This document shows positions 35,408 to 49,679 of a DNA stretch of 64,000 nucleotides, in pieces. The stretch's first letter is position 1. Each line of letters begins with the position of its first letter. Origin of the DNA: Mobula birostris. Its lineage: Eukaryota. The DNA is taken from the NCBI RefSeq assembly GCF_030028105.1, contig NC_092371.1, positions 15,087,884 to 15,151,883 of the forward strand. The letters run 5' to 3'. The notes under the pieces were generated by a model. It had not been told where the DNA came from, ran no database searches, and saw nothing but the letters and a program-made list of their open reading frames with translations. The position numbers were made by a program, and so were the translations under genes.

Positions 35408-38400
35408 GGGATCCATTCAAAGCTGTTATTTCACACTCTTTACATTAAAACTACTTAATTGCCGGAAGCAAAAAAAAATCAAATTGTGAAAACGATTTTT
35501 CAAAGATTTAGTTTCATAATTTGTGTCTTCCGGTTATTGTAGTTGCTAAGTTTTAGAGTTTTTTAAGATGTTCACCGTGTCTTCCACACCCGCCCCTCCA
35601 CGTAAGTGTCCACCATTACCAAGGGGCTCAACGACCGCTCCACCTGCACGGCTTCATAAACAAAACAGGAACAGCAGCAATTTGCGTACATTTGCTAAAT
35701 AAAGGCTCTGCCAGCACCGCTCGGTCCCCATGGGGAGATGAAGTGGATCGCAGCTGCATCAGTAACGCTCAGAGTCATGGGCTGCTTCACTCTGTGGACA
35801 ATCTTGAGGGAGGGATTAACTGGACAGAACAGTGTCTGATGGTCAGGTTGGCTTGAAGGAAACGTCCCGGTTCATTGCCCACTGATTTTCCAGATCCCAT
35901 TCCCCGTTCCCCATGCCGAATAAGAGCATTTACATTTAAAAGACGCCTTACACAGCGTAAAACTGCAGGACATTATGAGGTAACGTTTCCGAAATAAAAA
36001 TGAGCGGCGTTATTGGACAAACGTTGAGACCGAGTCACATAAGCAGAATATTTATTTGGAAGAAACCTTCTCATCCCGTATCCAATATCCGCCCAATATC
36101 CCTGAGGAGATGGGAGCTGAACGGGGGGTGGGGGGGGGGCTGGGTGGTGATGAACTAAAACACAGACAACAGAAGCCAGGGGTGAGGTCTGACAGTCCAC
36201 TGTCAGTAACATCTACCTTTAGAAAGAAGTTCAGAATCTGAATCCGACTGATGTCTATAATCACCAGCGAATGTGGTTGTTGTTTTTTTTATTTTGTGGT
36301 TTTGTATTTATTTATTCTAAAAGTACATTGTACGTGTAATTTATTTATCTATATACAGTATATATAATTTAATAAATACAGTATACATTGTCAGTTTAGA
36401 AATCTAATGATGAATTGGAACAAGCTGTTCTTTAAACGCTAGTTTGTTTATTTATTTATTTATTTGTTTGTTTGTTTGTCTTCAGGCTTTTTCCTTCCAA
36501 AGTGGATGACCTCTCATTTACCAACATTATACTCCATACTCTATCTGCCAGACCCTTGCTCAATCACTTAACCTATCTATACCTAACTGCAGATTCTTCG
36601 TATACTCTGCACAGTTTGTTTTTTGACTCAATTTAGTTTCATCTGCAAACTTACATATACTACACACGGTCCCCTCTTCCAGACCTTTAACGTGTATCTT
36701 GAACAGTTGAGGGCCCACTACCGACCTCTGCGCCACACCATGCACCACTGATTGCCACCCAGAGAAACATGCATGTATCCCAACTCGCCTCTTTCTATTG
36801 GTTAACCAATCATTAATCAATGCTAAAAATCACTCTCAACACTATGCATGGTTATCTTTATATGTGGCACCTTATCGAACGTCCTAGAAACATAGCAACA
36901 TAGAAAACCTGCAGCACAATGCAGGCCCTTCTGTCCACAATGCTGTGTCGAATATGTACTTACTTCAGAAATTACCTAAGGTTATCCATAGCCTTCTATT
37001 GTTCTAAGCTCCATGTACCTATCCAGGATTCTCTTAAACTACCCTATCGTATCCGCTTCCACCACCGTCGCCGGCAGCCCATTCCACGCACTCACCATTC
37101 TCTGTATTAAAAAAAAACCTCCCTTAACATCTCCTCTGTACCTACTTCCAAGCACCTTAAAACCGTGCACTCTCATGCTAGCTATTTCAGCCGTGGGAAA
37201 AAGCCTCTGACTATCCAGACGAACAATGCCTCTTATCATCTTATAGACCGTTATCAGGTCACCTCTCATCCTCCGCCGCTCCAAGGATGAAAGGCCGAGT
37301 TCACTCAACCTGATCTCATAAGGCATGCTCCTTGTAACATCCTTGTACGTCTCCTCTGCGCCCTTTCTATAGTTTCTGCTCTGCGCCCTTTCTATAGTTT
37401 CCTCAATCTTCCTGTAGTGTGGTGACCAGAACTAAGCACAGTACTCCAAGTGGCGTCTGACCAGCATCCTATATAGCTGCAACATTACCTCTCGGCTCTT
37501 AAAATCAATAGTGCAGTTGATGAAGGTCAATGCACCGTATGCTTTCTTAAACACACAGTCAACCTGCGCAGCAGCTTTGAGTGTCCTATGGATTCGAACC
37601 CCAAGATCCCTCTGATCCTCCACACTGCAAATTAATACTACATTCTGCCATCATATTTGACCTACCAAAATGAACCACCTCACATTTATATGGGTTGAAC
37701 TCCATCTGCCAATTCTCAGCCCAGTTTTGCATCCTTTCAATATCCCGCTGTCACCTCATTGGTCATCGACATCTATACAGAATTTGACCCACCTAAAACC
37801 GCACTTTCCCTTCTGTGGACAAGTCAATTCTGTATCCACAAACCAAGGTCCCTTTGATTCACTTACCTCCTTACTTTCTCAGTAATCCTTGTATCGGGCA
37901 CCTTATCAAATGTCTTGCTGAAATCCATATACACTACATCTACTGTTCTACCTTCATTAATGTGTTTAGTGACATCTATCAGGCTCGTAATATACGACCT
38001 GCCTTTAACAAAGCTATGCTGGCTATTCCTAATCATATTATGCCTCTCCAAACGTTCATAAATTCCGCCTCTCAGGATCTTTTCCATCAACTTACCAACC
38101 ACTGAGTTAAGACTCACTGACCAATAATTTCCTGGGCTATCTCTACTCCATTATTTGAATAAGGGAACTAGATATGCAAGCCTCCAAGCCTCCAGAACCT
38201 CTACCATCCTCACTGATGATGCAAAGATCATTGCCAGTGACTCAACAATGTTCTCCTTCGCCTCCCATAGTAGCCTAGGTTACATTTAACTCTTAATATT
38301 TATATGCTCAAGCTTTTCAGACCGCTGTAAGTCGTCCCTGCAATCGCCAAGATACTTTTCTGTATTGAAAAGTGATTTACGTCTGGAAATTGAAGTAAAT

Positions 38401-41222
38401 AACGTCCATCTGTCCGCTCTATCCATCATGGTTGTTATATCCTCAAGGAAAACCAGTATGCTTGTGAAACAGGATCTGCTATTCCTTAATCCATTCTGCG
38501 ACTGCGTGATAGATGCATTTCTTTCCATACTGCCCCGCCGTTTCTTCTTTAATGATAGCTTCAAGCATTCTCCCAACTACGAAGGTTAGACGAACTGCCT
38601 TTTGCCTACACCCTTTTTTTTATCACTGGCGTAACATTCTCCTTCTTTCAATCCACGGGGACCTGACCAGACTCCAGGGAATTTTGGTAACTTATCATCA
38701 AAGCCCCAACTATAATCTTTGTCATTTCTTTCATTACCCTGGGCGGCGTTCTATCAAATCCAGGGGACTTGTCTGTCTTTGGCCCACATATTTACTTATC
38801 TCTACCCCTTTAGCGGTAGTATTTGTATCGAGGTTCTCACTTCCCATCGCATCCATTTCATCTCCCTTCGGCATGTTAGACGTGTCCTTCACTGACACAA
38901 AATTGTCATTCAAAGCCTCGGCCATTTCCTCAGTACTCAATATCAATTCCCCCCCCCCCCCCACCGTCCTTCAAGGAACCTACATTCAGTTAGGTCACCT
39001 TTTTCCGTTCTATATAATTGTAAGAAATATTATGCGTTTTTATGTTAAGTGCTAGTTTATTTACATAATCTATCTGCTCTTTTTTATTGCTTGCTTAGTG
39101 GTTCTTTGTTGCTTTTTAATTTTTTCCCAGCCTTCCAGTTTCACACTACTCTTGGCGACTTTGCAGACAGAAGCTTTCAGTTTGATATCTTCCTTTATTT
39201 CCTTAGTTATCCATGGTTGGTTTTACCCGCCCTTACTGTCCTTGCTTTCAACGTTGGTTGAGCATTGTGAAAAATATTTTTGACAGTCTTCCACTGTTCC
39301 TTAACCGACCAGCCATCTAGCTTCTCTTCCCAATCTCCGCTATCGAAATTCTCCCTCATCCTGTTGTAGTCTCCCATGTTTTGTTACTGGTTTTAGATCG
39401 AACTATTGCATCCGCCATTTGTATGAGAAAATCAGTCATAATGTGATCATTCTTTTCAAGATGATGCATACCTATAAGAATGCTAATTCTACCTGTCTCA
39501 TTGCACAAGATCAGATTTAAGAATATGTTTCCTTGTAGGTTCAGCAACATGTTGTTCAAGAAAGTTATCCATATGCATTCTATGAAGTCCTCCTCAAGAC
39601 TACCTCGACTAATTTGATTCATCTCGTCTATCTCGTTGATTTCCTGCACGATAACTGCTGTTACACTCTTACATACCTGAGATATCTCGCGGTTCATTGC
39701 CTGTGCCAATGTAATGTTATTATTCAGTGGCCTATAGATAACTCCTAGCAGTATTTTCCCTATACTGTTTCTAATCTCTACCCAGATAGATTCAACATTC
39801 TGCTCCTTAGATCTTATATCGTCTCTCACTGTCGCCCTGATCTCATTCTTGATTAAGAGGGCTACCCCATCGGCCTTACCATTCCGCCTATCGCTCCATA
39901 CTACCTGATATCCGTGGACATTTAATTACTAATCCTCTCCTCCCTGCAACTCCGTTTCTGTAATGGCCAGTAAGTAATACGCCTTTATTCTGATTTGTGC
40001 CACAGGTTCATCGGCCTTGTTAGAAATGCTACGGGAAATCAGATTAACTGCCTTTACACTCGTTGTGCCTTTAAAATCGAGTAATCTTTGTCTCTTACAC
40101 ACTGGAATTTTCTGCACTCCGCCTATACTTTTCTCTTTTTTATCATTTACTTTTACGTTACCTATATGCACACGCTCCTCTTTTACATTATCCATACTTC
40201 TCCAATCTGTTCAGCCTACCCCTGCTATTTAGTTTAAAGTACTACCCAGAACCCCAGTTATGTGATCCACCAGGATCCAGGTCCCATCACGGTCCAGGTG
40301 GAACCCGTCCCAATGGGACAGCTCCCGTCTTCCCCAGTGCTGCTGCCAGTTTCCCGTGTATTTTAAGCCACTTCTCCCACACCAAACCTTGAGCCACGCA
40401 TTTAACTCTTTAATCTTCTTAACCCTTTTTCCAATTTGCACTTGGCTCACGCAGTAGTCCAACTTTTTGTTTCTACTTTTTAATTGAATCCCGAACAGTT
40501 CAAATTCCCTCAGTAAAACCTCTTTCCTCTTTCCACCTACTTCGTTAATACCCACGTGGATCTCGACACTGGATCTTTCTCTTCGAACCGCAAATTCCTC
40601 TGCAGGTCAGATAGGATGTCCCGAACCCAGGCATCAGGCATGAAACACAGACTTTGGGACTGTGGTATCAATGGTTGCATTTCCAGGAATGTAGAAATTC
40701 AAACTTTGGACCTTTTCGTGGATATGGAGGGGGATATCAATAAATTTCCAGATTGCTAAATATATTAGACGTCTCTACTTTCAAGGTGCAGAAACCGAAC
40801 GGTACCAATTTTAATTATTGCGTGAAAAAAAGAGTTAGGGAGAGAGAGACAGAGAGAGCTCGATTGTTAGTGATAGTTGTGTATCACAGTGCTGTGGTTT
40901 TACTTGTTTCCCATGAGAAATGTTAGTGTATTGCCCGACTATTTCCCTTTATTTCTGCAGATTCAAACTGAATTGGTTGCAGAGCGATAATCCTTCAAAT
41001 CCCTAGTCCTGACCAACGAATGAGAGAATATATTTGTAATTGAGAAAAACGGGATTGGGGCCACCTTGAGTATATCCTCAAATGATCGATCTCCAATAAT
41101 AACCACCACAAGGAATTATCCTAATCTTTCAATTTTCAAAGGAAATACATCTCAGCACACCATGTATGTCTGGAAGGAACGGACAGTCCACATATTCAAA
41201 GGTAGTAACTTCATCATATAAA

Positions 41223-41260
<38 letters not shown>

Positions 41261-43392
41261 GGAGAGAGAGAGAGAGAGAGAGGAGGGAGGGGGATAGAGA
41301 AAGAGAGAGAGGAGGCAGGGCTACAAAAATACTGTTTTTCTGATCTTCCTTTTAGAGGTTTGGCGAAATCCATTATTAATCCCTCAGAACACTCAGGAAA
41401 TAAGGATAGGTCGTAAGAGTGTGGAACGAGCTGCCATGGAAACTGAAAACTGCAGGTTCTATTTCAACATTAAAAGGAAATTTGGGTAGAGGCATTGATA
41501 AGAGCAATAAGGAGGGCTATGTTCCGGGTGCAGGTCGATAGGACCAGGCAGCATCATAGTTCAGCTTGGAATAGTTGAGCCAAAGGGCCAGTTTCTGTGC
41601 TGTAGTAATTCAGGAATCTAGTTCTCTGTGGCCCTAATGACAGCACTGTTGATGTATTGTACTGAGGTCCGATTTTTGAGTAATAGAAGAGCAGGCAACT
41701 GATGGAGGAATTGTCAGAATATAGAGTCATAACGTCGTACAACACTGAAGCAGGCCCTTTGACTCAACCAATCGATATCGAACTAGAAGGCCACACAATC
41801 TAGTACAATTTGCTACCTTTTCTCCCTTATCGCAACAAATCTTTGCAATGCATGTCCAAATACCTATATACAAGCCGGTTCAATGTTGTAAATGTGTGTG
41901 CAACTAACAACTCATCACGTAGCTCATTACGTATGTGCTTGCCATCTGTTGAAAAGAATTGTTCCTCAGATTCCTATTAAATCTTTTTTTTTCTTACTTA
42001 CGGTAAACCTATACACACTCGTTCTTCATTCCCCAACCCTGGGTAAAAGAAGACTAAATAGTCACATCCGTTTGCTATTTGCGTTTATCTACTCTTTTCT
42101 AGGGTGACCTTTCAATCTCCTACGCTCCAAAGAAAAAAGTCCAAACCTATTTGGCCTATCCTTATCACTCAGTTCCTCGAAACCTACACATATCTTCATA
42201 AATATTTGCTGCAAAATTCCCTACATAATGGTATTTTTTTCTGAATGCAACGTGACTAATACTGAAGACAATATCAACGGCGGCCTGATTAACGTCTAAT
42301 ACATATGCAACATTGTATCCCATCTCCGAAAGTAAGTGCTCTGGCTGATGCAGGCCATTTTGCCAAAAGATTCTTCACCGCATTACATACCCATGACTTC
42401 ACTTCGGGGATAGAATTTTCGACGTGAATGGAATGGACAATTAAGAATTTAGTGCAGGAAGTTGGGTGACAAGCTCTATTTCAATAGAACAGTGAGAAAG
42501 TGCGAGAGGCTAATAACCGCAAAGCTACCCCCGGCCTTATTTTTTCAATCGTCCACATTTCATTCCCGTTAAACCAGTGAAAAAGAGAATACTTTTCAGG
42601 GTGGTGGTGGGATGTTTTCCAGATTTTGCAGAGCAGCGGGAATTATGTCCAGATAATTGCACAGCTTTTTTTAATGTCATCGAAGGATTTATAGGATCAG
42701 ATACGTGTCCAATCTCTTGAATCAGACTTGATAACTTCACTCAACTAAGGAACAGACTGATTCCATAAAATATGGACTCACGTTCAAGAAATCTACAACC
42801 CATGTTATTTAATGATATCCATCTATCTGTTTGTTTATTTAATTATTTTCATTTTTGCACAGTTTGTATTATTTTCTGCATTAGCCGTTTGTCCGTCTTT
42901 ATGTGTAGTCTTTTATTGATCCCGTTGTATTTCTTAGCGTTTACTGTGGATGCATGCGCGAAAATAAGTCTGAGGAAGGGTTTTTTTTCAATTTTTTCTT
43001 TATACATTGAATCTTATGATCCCCAACCATGGGCTACGTTCTAATTTGTACCATAATTTAATAAGTACAGTGGTTTTTGGACAATGGTCACCACTGGATG
43101 CTGATAGCGAAGGCATCAACCAGGTACGGGACGTGCATTGGGTCATTCTGACAATTTGGTAAGTGTGACTACGAATAATTTTGATCTCATTAGCAACTTG
43201 GGCAGAAGAAAATGCGCCTAATGGCCCAGGTTGTTTTTCTTTCAGAGAATACCTGCTGATATATTTGCTTAAATCAGTTTACTTTGAGTACTTGTCAAAC
43301 ACATCCATATATGACATAACTGAAGATGATACATTTTTGAAATTAATGGGTAAATTTAAAGATCGTCATTCATAGATACCAATGGCTGGGTG

Positions 43393-43567
43393 ATCAGTCC
43401 CCGCCCTTCCTTTCCCTGGCGCCTCCCATTTATTAACACCCCGGTTAATAAACAGATCACGGGGCTGCGATTTGCAGAATCTGGAACCGGAGTCGCTCCC
43501 GGTGTTTGCAGAACAGCACGGTTCGGTCGGAAAATTGAGCGCTCGCTGTCTCCACCTGTCCGCAACA
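43393..43567 (+). promoter_or_regulatory. Putative IgL V promoter, cluster 2
   Basis: Identical to the cluster 1 promoter over about 180 bp; ATTTGCAG at 43470-43477. Confidence 0.6.
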
Positions 43568-43616
43568 ATGTCCCGAGTACTCCATCTCCTGTGTGCTCTG
43601 CTGGTCCATTTATCAG
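43568..43616 (+). CDS. Ig light chain cluster 2, leader exon
   Basis: Same coding sequence as the cluster 1 leader. Donor gtaag at 43617; the 133-nt intron ends ttgcag at 43749. Confidence 0.93.
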
Positions 43617-43749
43617 GTAAGAGACATATTACTTTACTCACGGATTATCCATGAAAATTGCAGTTACTGCTCATTTTAACGCGTATTTATCAATTGGTGA
43701 GCCTTCTGTTAGATCCAAGTCACCCAATGGTTTCATTGTTTTGTTGCAG

Positions 43750-44103
43750 GTATCCTAACAGCCCCAGTCCTCAATCAGACACCAATGTCGGGTCCCGTCT
43801 CCGCGGGACAGACCGCTCGCTTAGAATGTCGGATGCAAAACGGTAACGTTGGGAGTTACCACATGTCCTGGTACCGACAGCGTCCCGGGGAGAGACCAGA
43901 GTGGCTGATTAAACACAATATTGATGATTATATTGCTCGAGGGACAGGGATCACAAATCGATTCCAACCGTCCAGAGACACCTCCAGCAACAGTCACATC
44001 CTGACCATCGGCAGCTTGGAGCCCCGAGACTCCGCTGTTTATTACTGTCAAACGTGGGATAATGGATTGATCTTCGGTCCAGGCACTATCCTGGATATAA
44101 AAA
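43750..44103 (+). CDS. Ig light chain cluster 2, germline-joined VJ exon, sigma-cart (type I/NS5)-like
   Basis: Same length (354 nt) and frame as cluster 1: ...GSYHMSWYRQRPGERPEWLIKHNIDDYIARGTG...YYCQTWDNGLIFGPGTILDIK. Donor gtaagt at 44104. Confidence 0.95.
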
Positions 44104-45418
44104 GTAAGTGACTCCCTCAATCCTTTCCAATCAATTCCCATCACAGCCGGTCTTATTCCCCACCAGAAATCCCTATATCCAGGCAATTCTGGTGCCGTCT
44201 TAAAACTGTGGTGGATTACAGCCTGTCTCCTATCGGGACATGAGGACATTCCGTTCCACTAAAGAACCATGACTGAATTTAATGAATTTTTTACACCATG
44301 TACATGCCGGCATTCAATCGCCTCAGTCTGATGTGGTAAAAGCCCAGACCGATCAGAAGTTTTCGGAATTTAATCTACTGACCCCTTGTCCAGAACTGAC
44401 GAAATCGGAGACAGCACAACTCACTCTTATACTTTCCCTAAGATATGCTTATGAATTTTTTTCCGATATTTCGAAGTGCTATAAATGGTGGTTGTCGCAT
44501 TCAGAATTGACTGCTTCAAATTAAAACCTTTAACGAGGTCGCAAACAAGGAAGGGAAAATGCCATTTTTTAAAGTTACACTGCAGGACAGCGGCTGAGCT
44601 CGCAGAGAGTGGGGCGGCAATAGGAGGGGTTCGTTTATGTCGGGGAGGTATTCTCGGTCTGAACTGGACAGCTCCTTGTTTCCTCGCCCATCTCCGCCCC
44701 ATAGAACTGCTCGTATATTCCGCTATTTCCTCTGCCATCACTGGGCGGACGAATTTGGACATCCTGAAGAAGAATGTTCACAAAATCAGGGACGAGCGAA
44801 TTCGATATCTGGGTGTTACCGCAATTCAATGCGGAATTCCACTCAGCCAAGGGGCCAGTAACAGGGTCGTACCGGCTTTTTTCGTGGTGGTGGGTGGGTG
44901 GGGTTCCGGGGGGGGAGGGGCTCGCATTTGAGTAATTCTTAACCCGAATCGGAAATCTCTGTTAGAGAGAACAGTGGATTCGAACTCCAGAATTTGCTGA
45001 GCTCCTTTACATAGCTGAAAGGGTAATATCCGTCAATTCGTGGCCCAATATAAGATCTAGGGAAATATTGCAGACAGGCAATAAACACAAATTTACCGAC
45101 AGACTAATAACCAGAAAGCACTGCAGGGAATAGATAGGTGGAATGAGTGAGGCTAATTCCTCCTCATGGTTGGCGCACGTGATTCCCCGCTCGTAAAGAT
45201 AATGAAAGTTATAAGCGCACTTCGGAGTTGTGATTAAGACATTTCATTCACCGAAACAATGACTGTATAACCGCCAGACATTTCATCGTTTGCCTTAATA
45301 CTTGGTGGCTTGTGTTTTTTTTTCTGTAGCAGAGTTGTTTTTTATTAATTCCGAGTTTCAGTCATCCCCAACATTAATATTGCTTTCTGTTCTCATCCGT
45401 CTAATCTCTCTCACACAG

Positions 45419-45747
45419 GCAGCGAGTCCCGGAGACCTTCAATTCTCCTTCTCCCTCCCTCTCCGGAGGAGACCGGCACGGGCTCGGCCACTCTGTCTTG
45501 TCTGGTGAGCGGCTTTAAGCCGGGCTTGGTAGCGCTGCGCTGGAGCGTGGATGGAGTCGAGACTGAGAGTGGGGTGACCACAGGCGCCGTGTCGGCAGGC
45601 ACCGACCAGACCTACAGGCTGAGCAGTTACCTGCGAGTACCCGCCGATGCATGGAACAAGGGTTCAAGCTATGCCTGCAGCGTGAGCCACAGCTCGCTGA
45701 GCTCGCCTTTGCGAAACACCATCTCTTCGTCGGCTTGTGCGCAGTAA
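45419..45747 (+). CDS. Ig light chain cluster 2, constant exon
   Basis: Acceptor tcacacag at 45418, 329 nt, open to TAA at 45747. Three amino-acid differences from cluster 1 (A/G, V/A, K/N). Confidence 0.95.
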
Positions 45748-46490
45748 GGTCGCGGAGTCCGGCAGCACAGTCGGATTGTTAGCTCCTGCATAATGCAGTG
45801 AAACTCTCACTGGAACTGTGCAGCGACCTTATGCAATGTAATTGTGCAGTAATGTTTTAATGGGAACAATCAACCGTATAATAAGTTTGGAAAGTCACGC
45901 GATGATTGTCTGTCTTTCGCGACGCGTACTTCTCTGTAGAATTGCAACTATTGTGCTGTGTCTGAAATTCCACTGTGTATAAAATGGGTAGATCTCCATG
46001 TAGAAGGTGACTGTATTGTGATTGGATTTTGTGATAAACACAGCTCGTAATAGAAAAGCAACTGCCGGTGGGTTTATCGTCCTCTGTCTTTACTCGTCTG
46101 TTCGCAGTACATCGGGAGTTTGATAGCGTGTGCCGTGCCATCTCAAAGTCAACTCACATAGAATTACACTCAAATCCACGGAAATATCCTACCCTGTCGT
46201 TCCTGCAGAATACTGATTTCTGTGTCCTACGCTGGCCTGTTCGCCCTCGCTCGCCTCTCCACCATCACCGGGTTCCTCAATTCCTCGCTATCCTGCACAT
46301 TTGCTCTTCATTTCCAACCCTCTCAGTGGGAAGTACATCAATATTCTCACTGCCTTTTAGCGGTATTCTGACCACCACTGGGAGTGTTATACTGTCAGCT
46401 TTGTTTCACCGTGACGTTGGCATTCTGTCCATATGGAGTTTTAGATTCTCTGCGTTCCTCCACAAAGACCAAACGGCCTCACAAACACAA

Positions 46491-46544
<54 letters not shown>

Positions 46545-49099
46545 ACACCACAAGCATATAACCTTCCAGGAAACAATTCTGAGAATCTAATGCCGATGGC
46601 TATACTAATCCAGGCGAAAGTATCTGCTCTACTACCAATGTGACGCGTTGTTTTCGTTCCGTCACAGGAATGATTTAAAGCTCTGGGGAGGAGAATATTA
46701 TAACGTAACAAACAGACACCAGAGTAGTTTATTCGGCCATTTTCTCCCACTACATCTTTCAATGCAATCACGGGTGAGTTTTCATCGCAGTTGCTGTTTG
46801 CTGCACCAATCCTTGATCCACTAAACTCTGAATATCTAAACGCCTCTCAGAGTCTGGAACTCCCCAACAGTTACTGTGACGTCTGCTTCGAAGTCCAATG
46901 TAAATCTACTATCAAAGTATCTATATGTCACTATATACTATCTGGCGATTCATTTTCTCGTGGGCCTTGGCGGCAGAACAAAGAATTACTTTTCACGATA
47001 AGATCAATGATGAACTGATAAGCAACCAATGTGCAAAAGGAGAATAGTTGCACATAAATAAACAGATAGATAGATGGATGATAGATATATAGATTGATAG
47101 ATAGATAGATAGATTATTTGATAAATACGTAATACATATAGCATGAGTTACAGTTACTGAAAGGGACTGCATAGGTTCAGGAATCAGTTCAGAAATTTCG
47201 TTTTTGAAGTCACATCCGCTTTGTCAGCAGATTGCTATTTGAAAGAGCACACTTGATGTTGTAGGGCCTAAGGCTGCTGTATTTGTCACATGGGATCGAG
47301 TTGCTAAACAAGGAAACAGCTGATGAGTGCCGCTGAACCATAATGTGTGCATGTGAACGAAGGGATCTCATCAGGTTTGGTTCGAAGCGGGGAGACGACG
47401 AGCAGGAAAGAATAAACGGCAGCTGGATTAGTAAAACACACACAATTCAGGAGGAAATAAGCAGGTCAGGCGACATATATGGACACCCACTGCTGAAAGT
47501 AGAGTGATGCTCCACAAACATCCTCCCAATCCCCAAAAAAATGCACAAGGAGAAGGGCTACTACCCAGTGATCTCCACGCTGGTCTTCCCCCATTATCCA
47601 GGGGGAAGAAACAGGGACGGGTTCATTCCAGGTTGTGGACAGTTGACTAATGGGCTTGTTCAGAAGTAAAGGAGCTTTCAATCAAATATGCAGTGATTGT
47701 AAGCTGTCTGATGTTTGACAAGTGTATTTCACTGTTGAGGGTTGTGCGGTATTCCGGGTCAGATTCAGTCCCGGTTTTACAATGGCGACCATGGCACAGA
47801 TCTGGCATCACCTGGCCAAAGTAGAAACGTCATCAACTGAAGAGATTCTGCAGAACAACACATACAAATTTTGGAGCAATTTAGCAGTTCAGGCAGAATC
47901 TTTGGAAGCGAATAAGTATCAACATTCCAGGCTCAGATCCTGCAGGATTTTGCTTAGAAACCTCATTTGTCCTTGATGAGAACTTTCAAGAACCAGGAGT
48001 ACAACATTAAGTCCTCTGATTCTGGAGAATATGGACCAACGTACTCGACGTAAGAAAATAAATTCTGTCCATTCGATAGGAATCAAATGAGCAGTCGTGT
48101 CTACGACGCCCTCACCTCGTTATCTCAAATGATTAATATTTTTAACAGTAGAAAACATCTGACAAAATGCTGAGACAGTCAAAAGCGTTTCAATACATAC
48201 AAGGAGAGGATTTAGTACAAATGTGGAGGAGGCTGTTGAGAGCACAGTCTGTGGTTTTGACCTCCATGTTTATGAAAGGAAATACTCGCATTGGAGGCAG
48301 TGTAGCGACGGTTCGCATTGTTGGCTCTGGAATAAAGTGATTGAATATAACAGAGAGGTTGGATAAGTAGTTCCCCTCCACACGCAATAAAATATCTAGC
48401 TTCAGCTCAGTTATAGGAAGCCGAGTTGGCGAATTCTTTCGGATTCGTCATCTTTACCTCCGCACACAGAAGTACTAACACTGTGCAACTCAGGACGTGC
48501 ATTGCGTAATAAAAATCCCGTGACAAATGGTAGGTACCGTATAAATCACACACGCCGATTTCAAAAGAGATGGATTGCGCTCCGTGAGTGTACTTTCAGT
48601 CCATATTTCTCTTATTCCATTTTGCACTAAAAACATTGTAAAAAGCTAGTTAAATGCACGATATAAGTAAAACGCATCAACCTAGCAATTGTCCTGCATG
48701 CCGATATAAATCCATGTTCCATATCTGAATGGCGTTTTAATGTCATCTGCAATCACAATAAGCAATCTAAGCACAATGGTTTACTGAATTATGCAATGTA
48801 CTGGGTATAAAATGGTACGATCCGTGCCATGGTCGCCATTGTGGTGATAGAGTGCAGCCATACACCGGATTTTAGCTAGTTAACCTGGTTGAAAGGCGAA
48901 AGGAAGCGTGATTTGCTTTCCTACAGCAAATATTACCCCTTCTTCCGACCCCCTACCATCAGGCAGGCGATACATTAGCATTAGGACAAGGACTGTCAGA
49001 ATGGGAAACAGCGACTTCACCCAGGCGGAAAGAATACTGGACTACCGATCACCAGCCAGATCTCATCACGTATAAACACCATGGTCAGCAACGTTACAT

Positions 49100-49560
49100 C
49101 CTTTGGTGTTATCATTTGAAAAGATTTGTTCTGAGCCCAGTACGTAATTACAATTAAGAGGAAAGCACCCGTCAATTTCCTTAGAGGTTTGCGGAGATTT
49201 AGTATGGCATCTAAAACTTTGACTTTCACTTTGTTGCAGACATTTGGAGTTTAACAAAAATACTATATTCTATAGACTCAATAAAAACCCGCAAATAAAT
49301 AAATACATAGGTAGCTGCACGGATAAACAGATAGATACATAGATAATACTGATGACAAGATTTGTAGAGTTATTGACATTGATTCCATAGATTTTGGAAT
49401 CAGTTCAGAGTTGTGGTTTTCGAAGTCATCCACACTGCTTCTGCACTCTGATGTTGAAAGGGTAATAACTGTTCCTGAACTTGCTGCGGTGGAGCTTAAG
49501 GCTTGTGTATTTATCAGACTGGATAGAATTACTGACACGGGAAAGATATTGAGATGACTA
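49100..49560. mobile_element. Rex1/Babar-derived fragments
   Basis: cttagaggtttgcggagatttagtatggcatctaaaactttgac resembles 1610-1660; the 49380-49520 segment resembles the Rex1-type tail at 14020-14140 and 29050-29200. Confidence 0.5.
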
Positions 49561-49679
49561 AAGAACCCGTTAGAACAAGTTAGATTCTGCCTGATTAATA
49601 GAGTTTGACAGTAATTTTGCGCAGACTGAAACCACGGGCAGGAGAAATTACAACTGAAAACCGGGCTGAGTTCAGAAGG

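Larger units (their letters stand above)
33048..48864 (+). repeat. Segmental duplication copy B
   Basis: Position 1 aligns to 33048 (ggaaa-ctgttggaaaagatt). The offset drifts from about 33.05 to 33.14 to 32.86 kb through indels. Confidence 0.95.

Noticed and set aside
49280-49560. Apparent third, diverged copy of the segment downstream of the C exon (13870-14170), suggesting a relic cluster
   Set aside because: The same motif family also occurs at ~29050-29200 next to Rex1/Babar coding remnants, so it is better explained as a dispersed repeat tail. No Ig sequence nearby.
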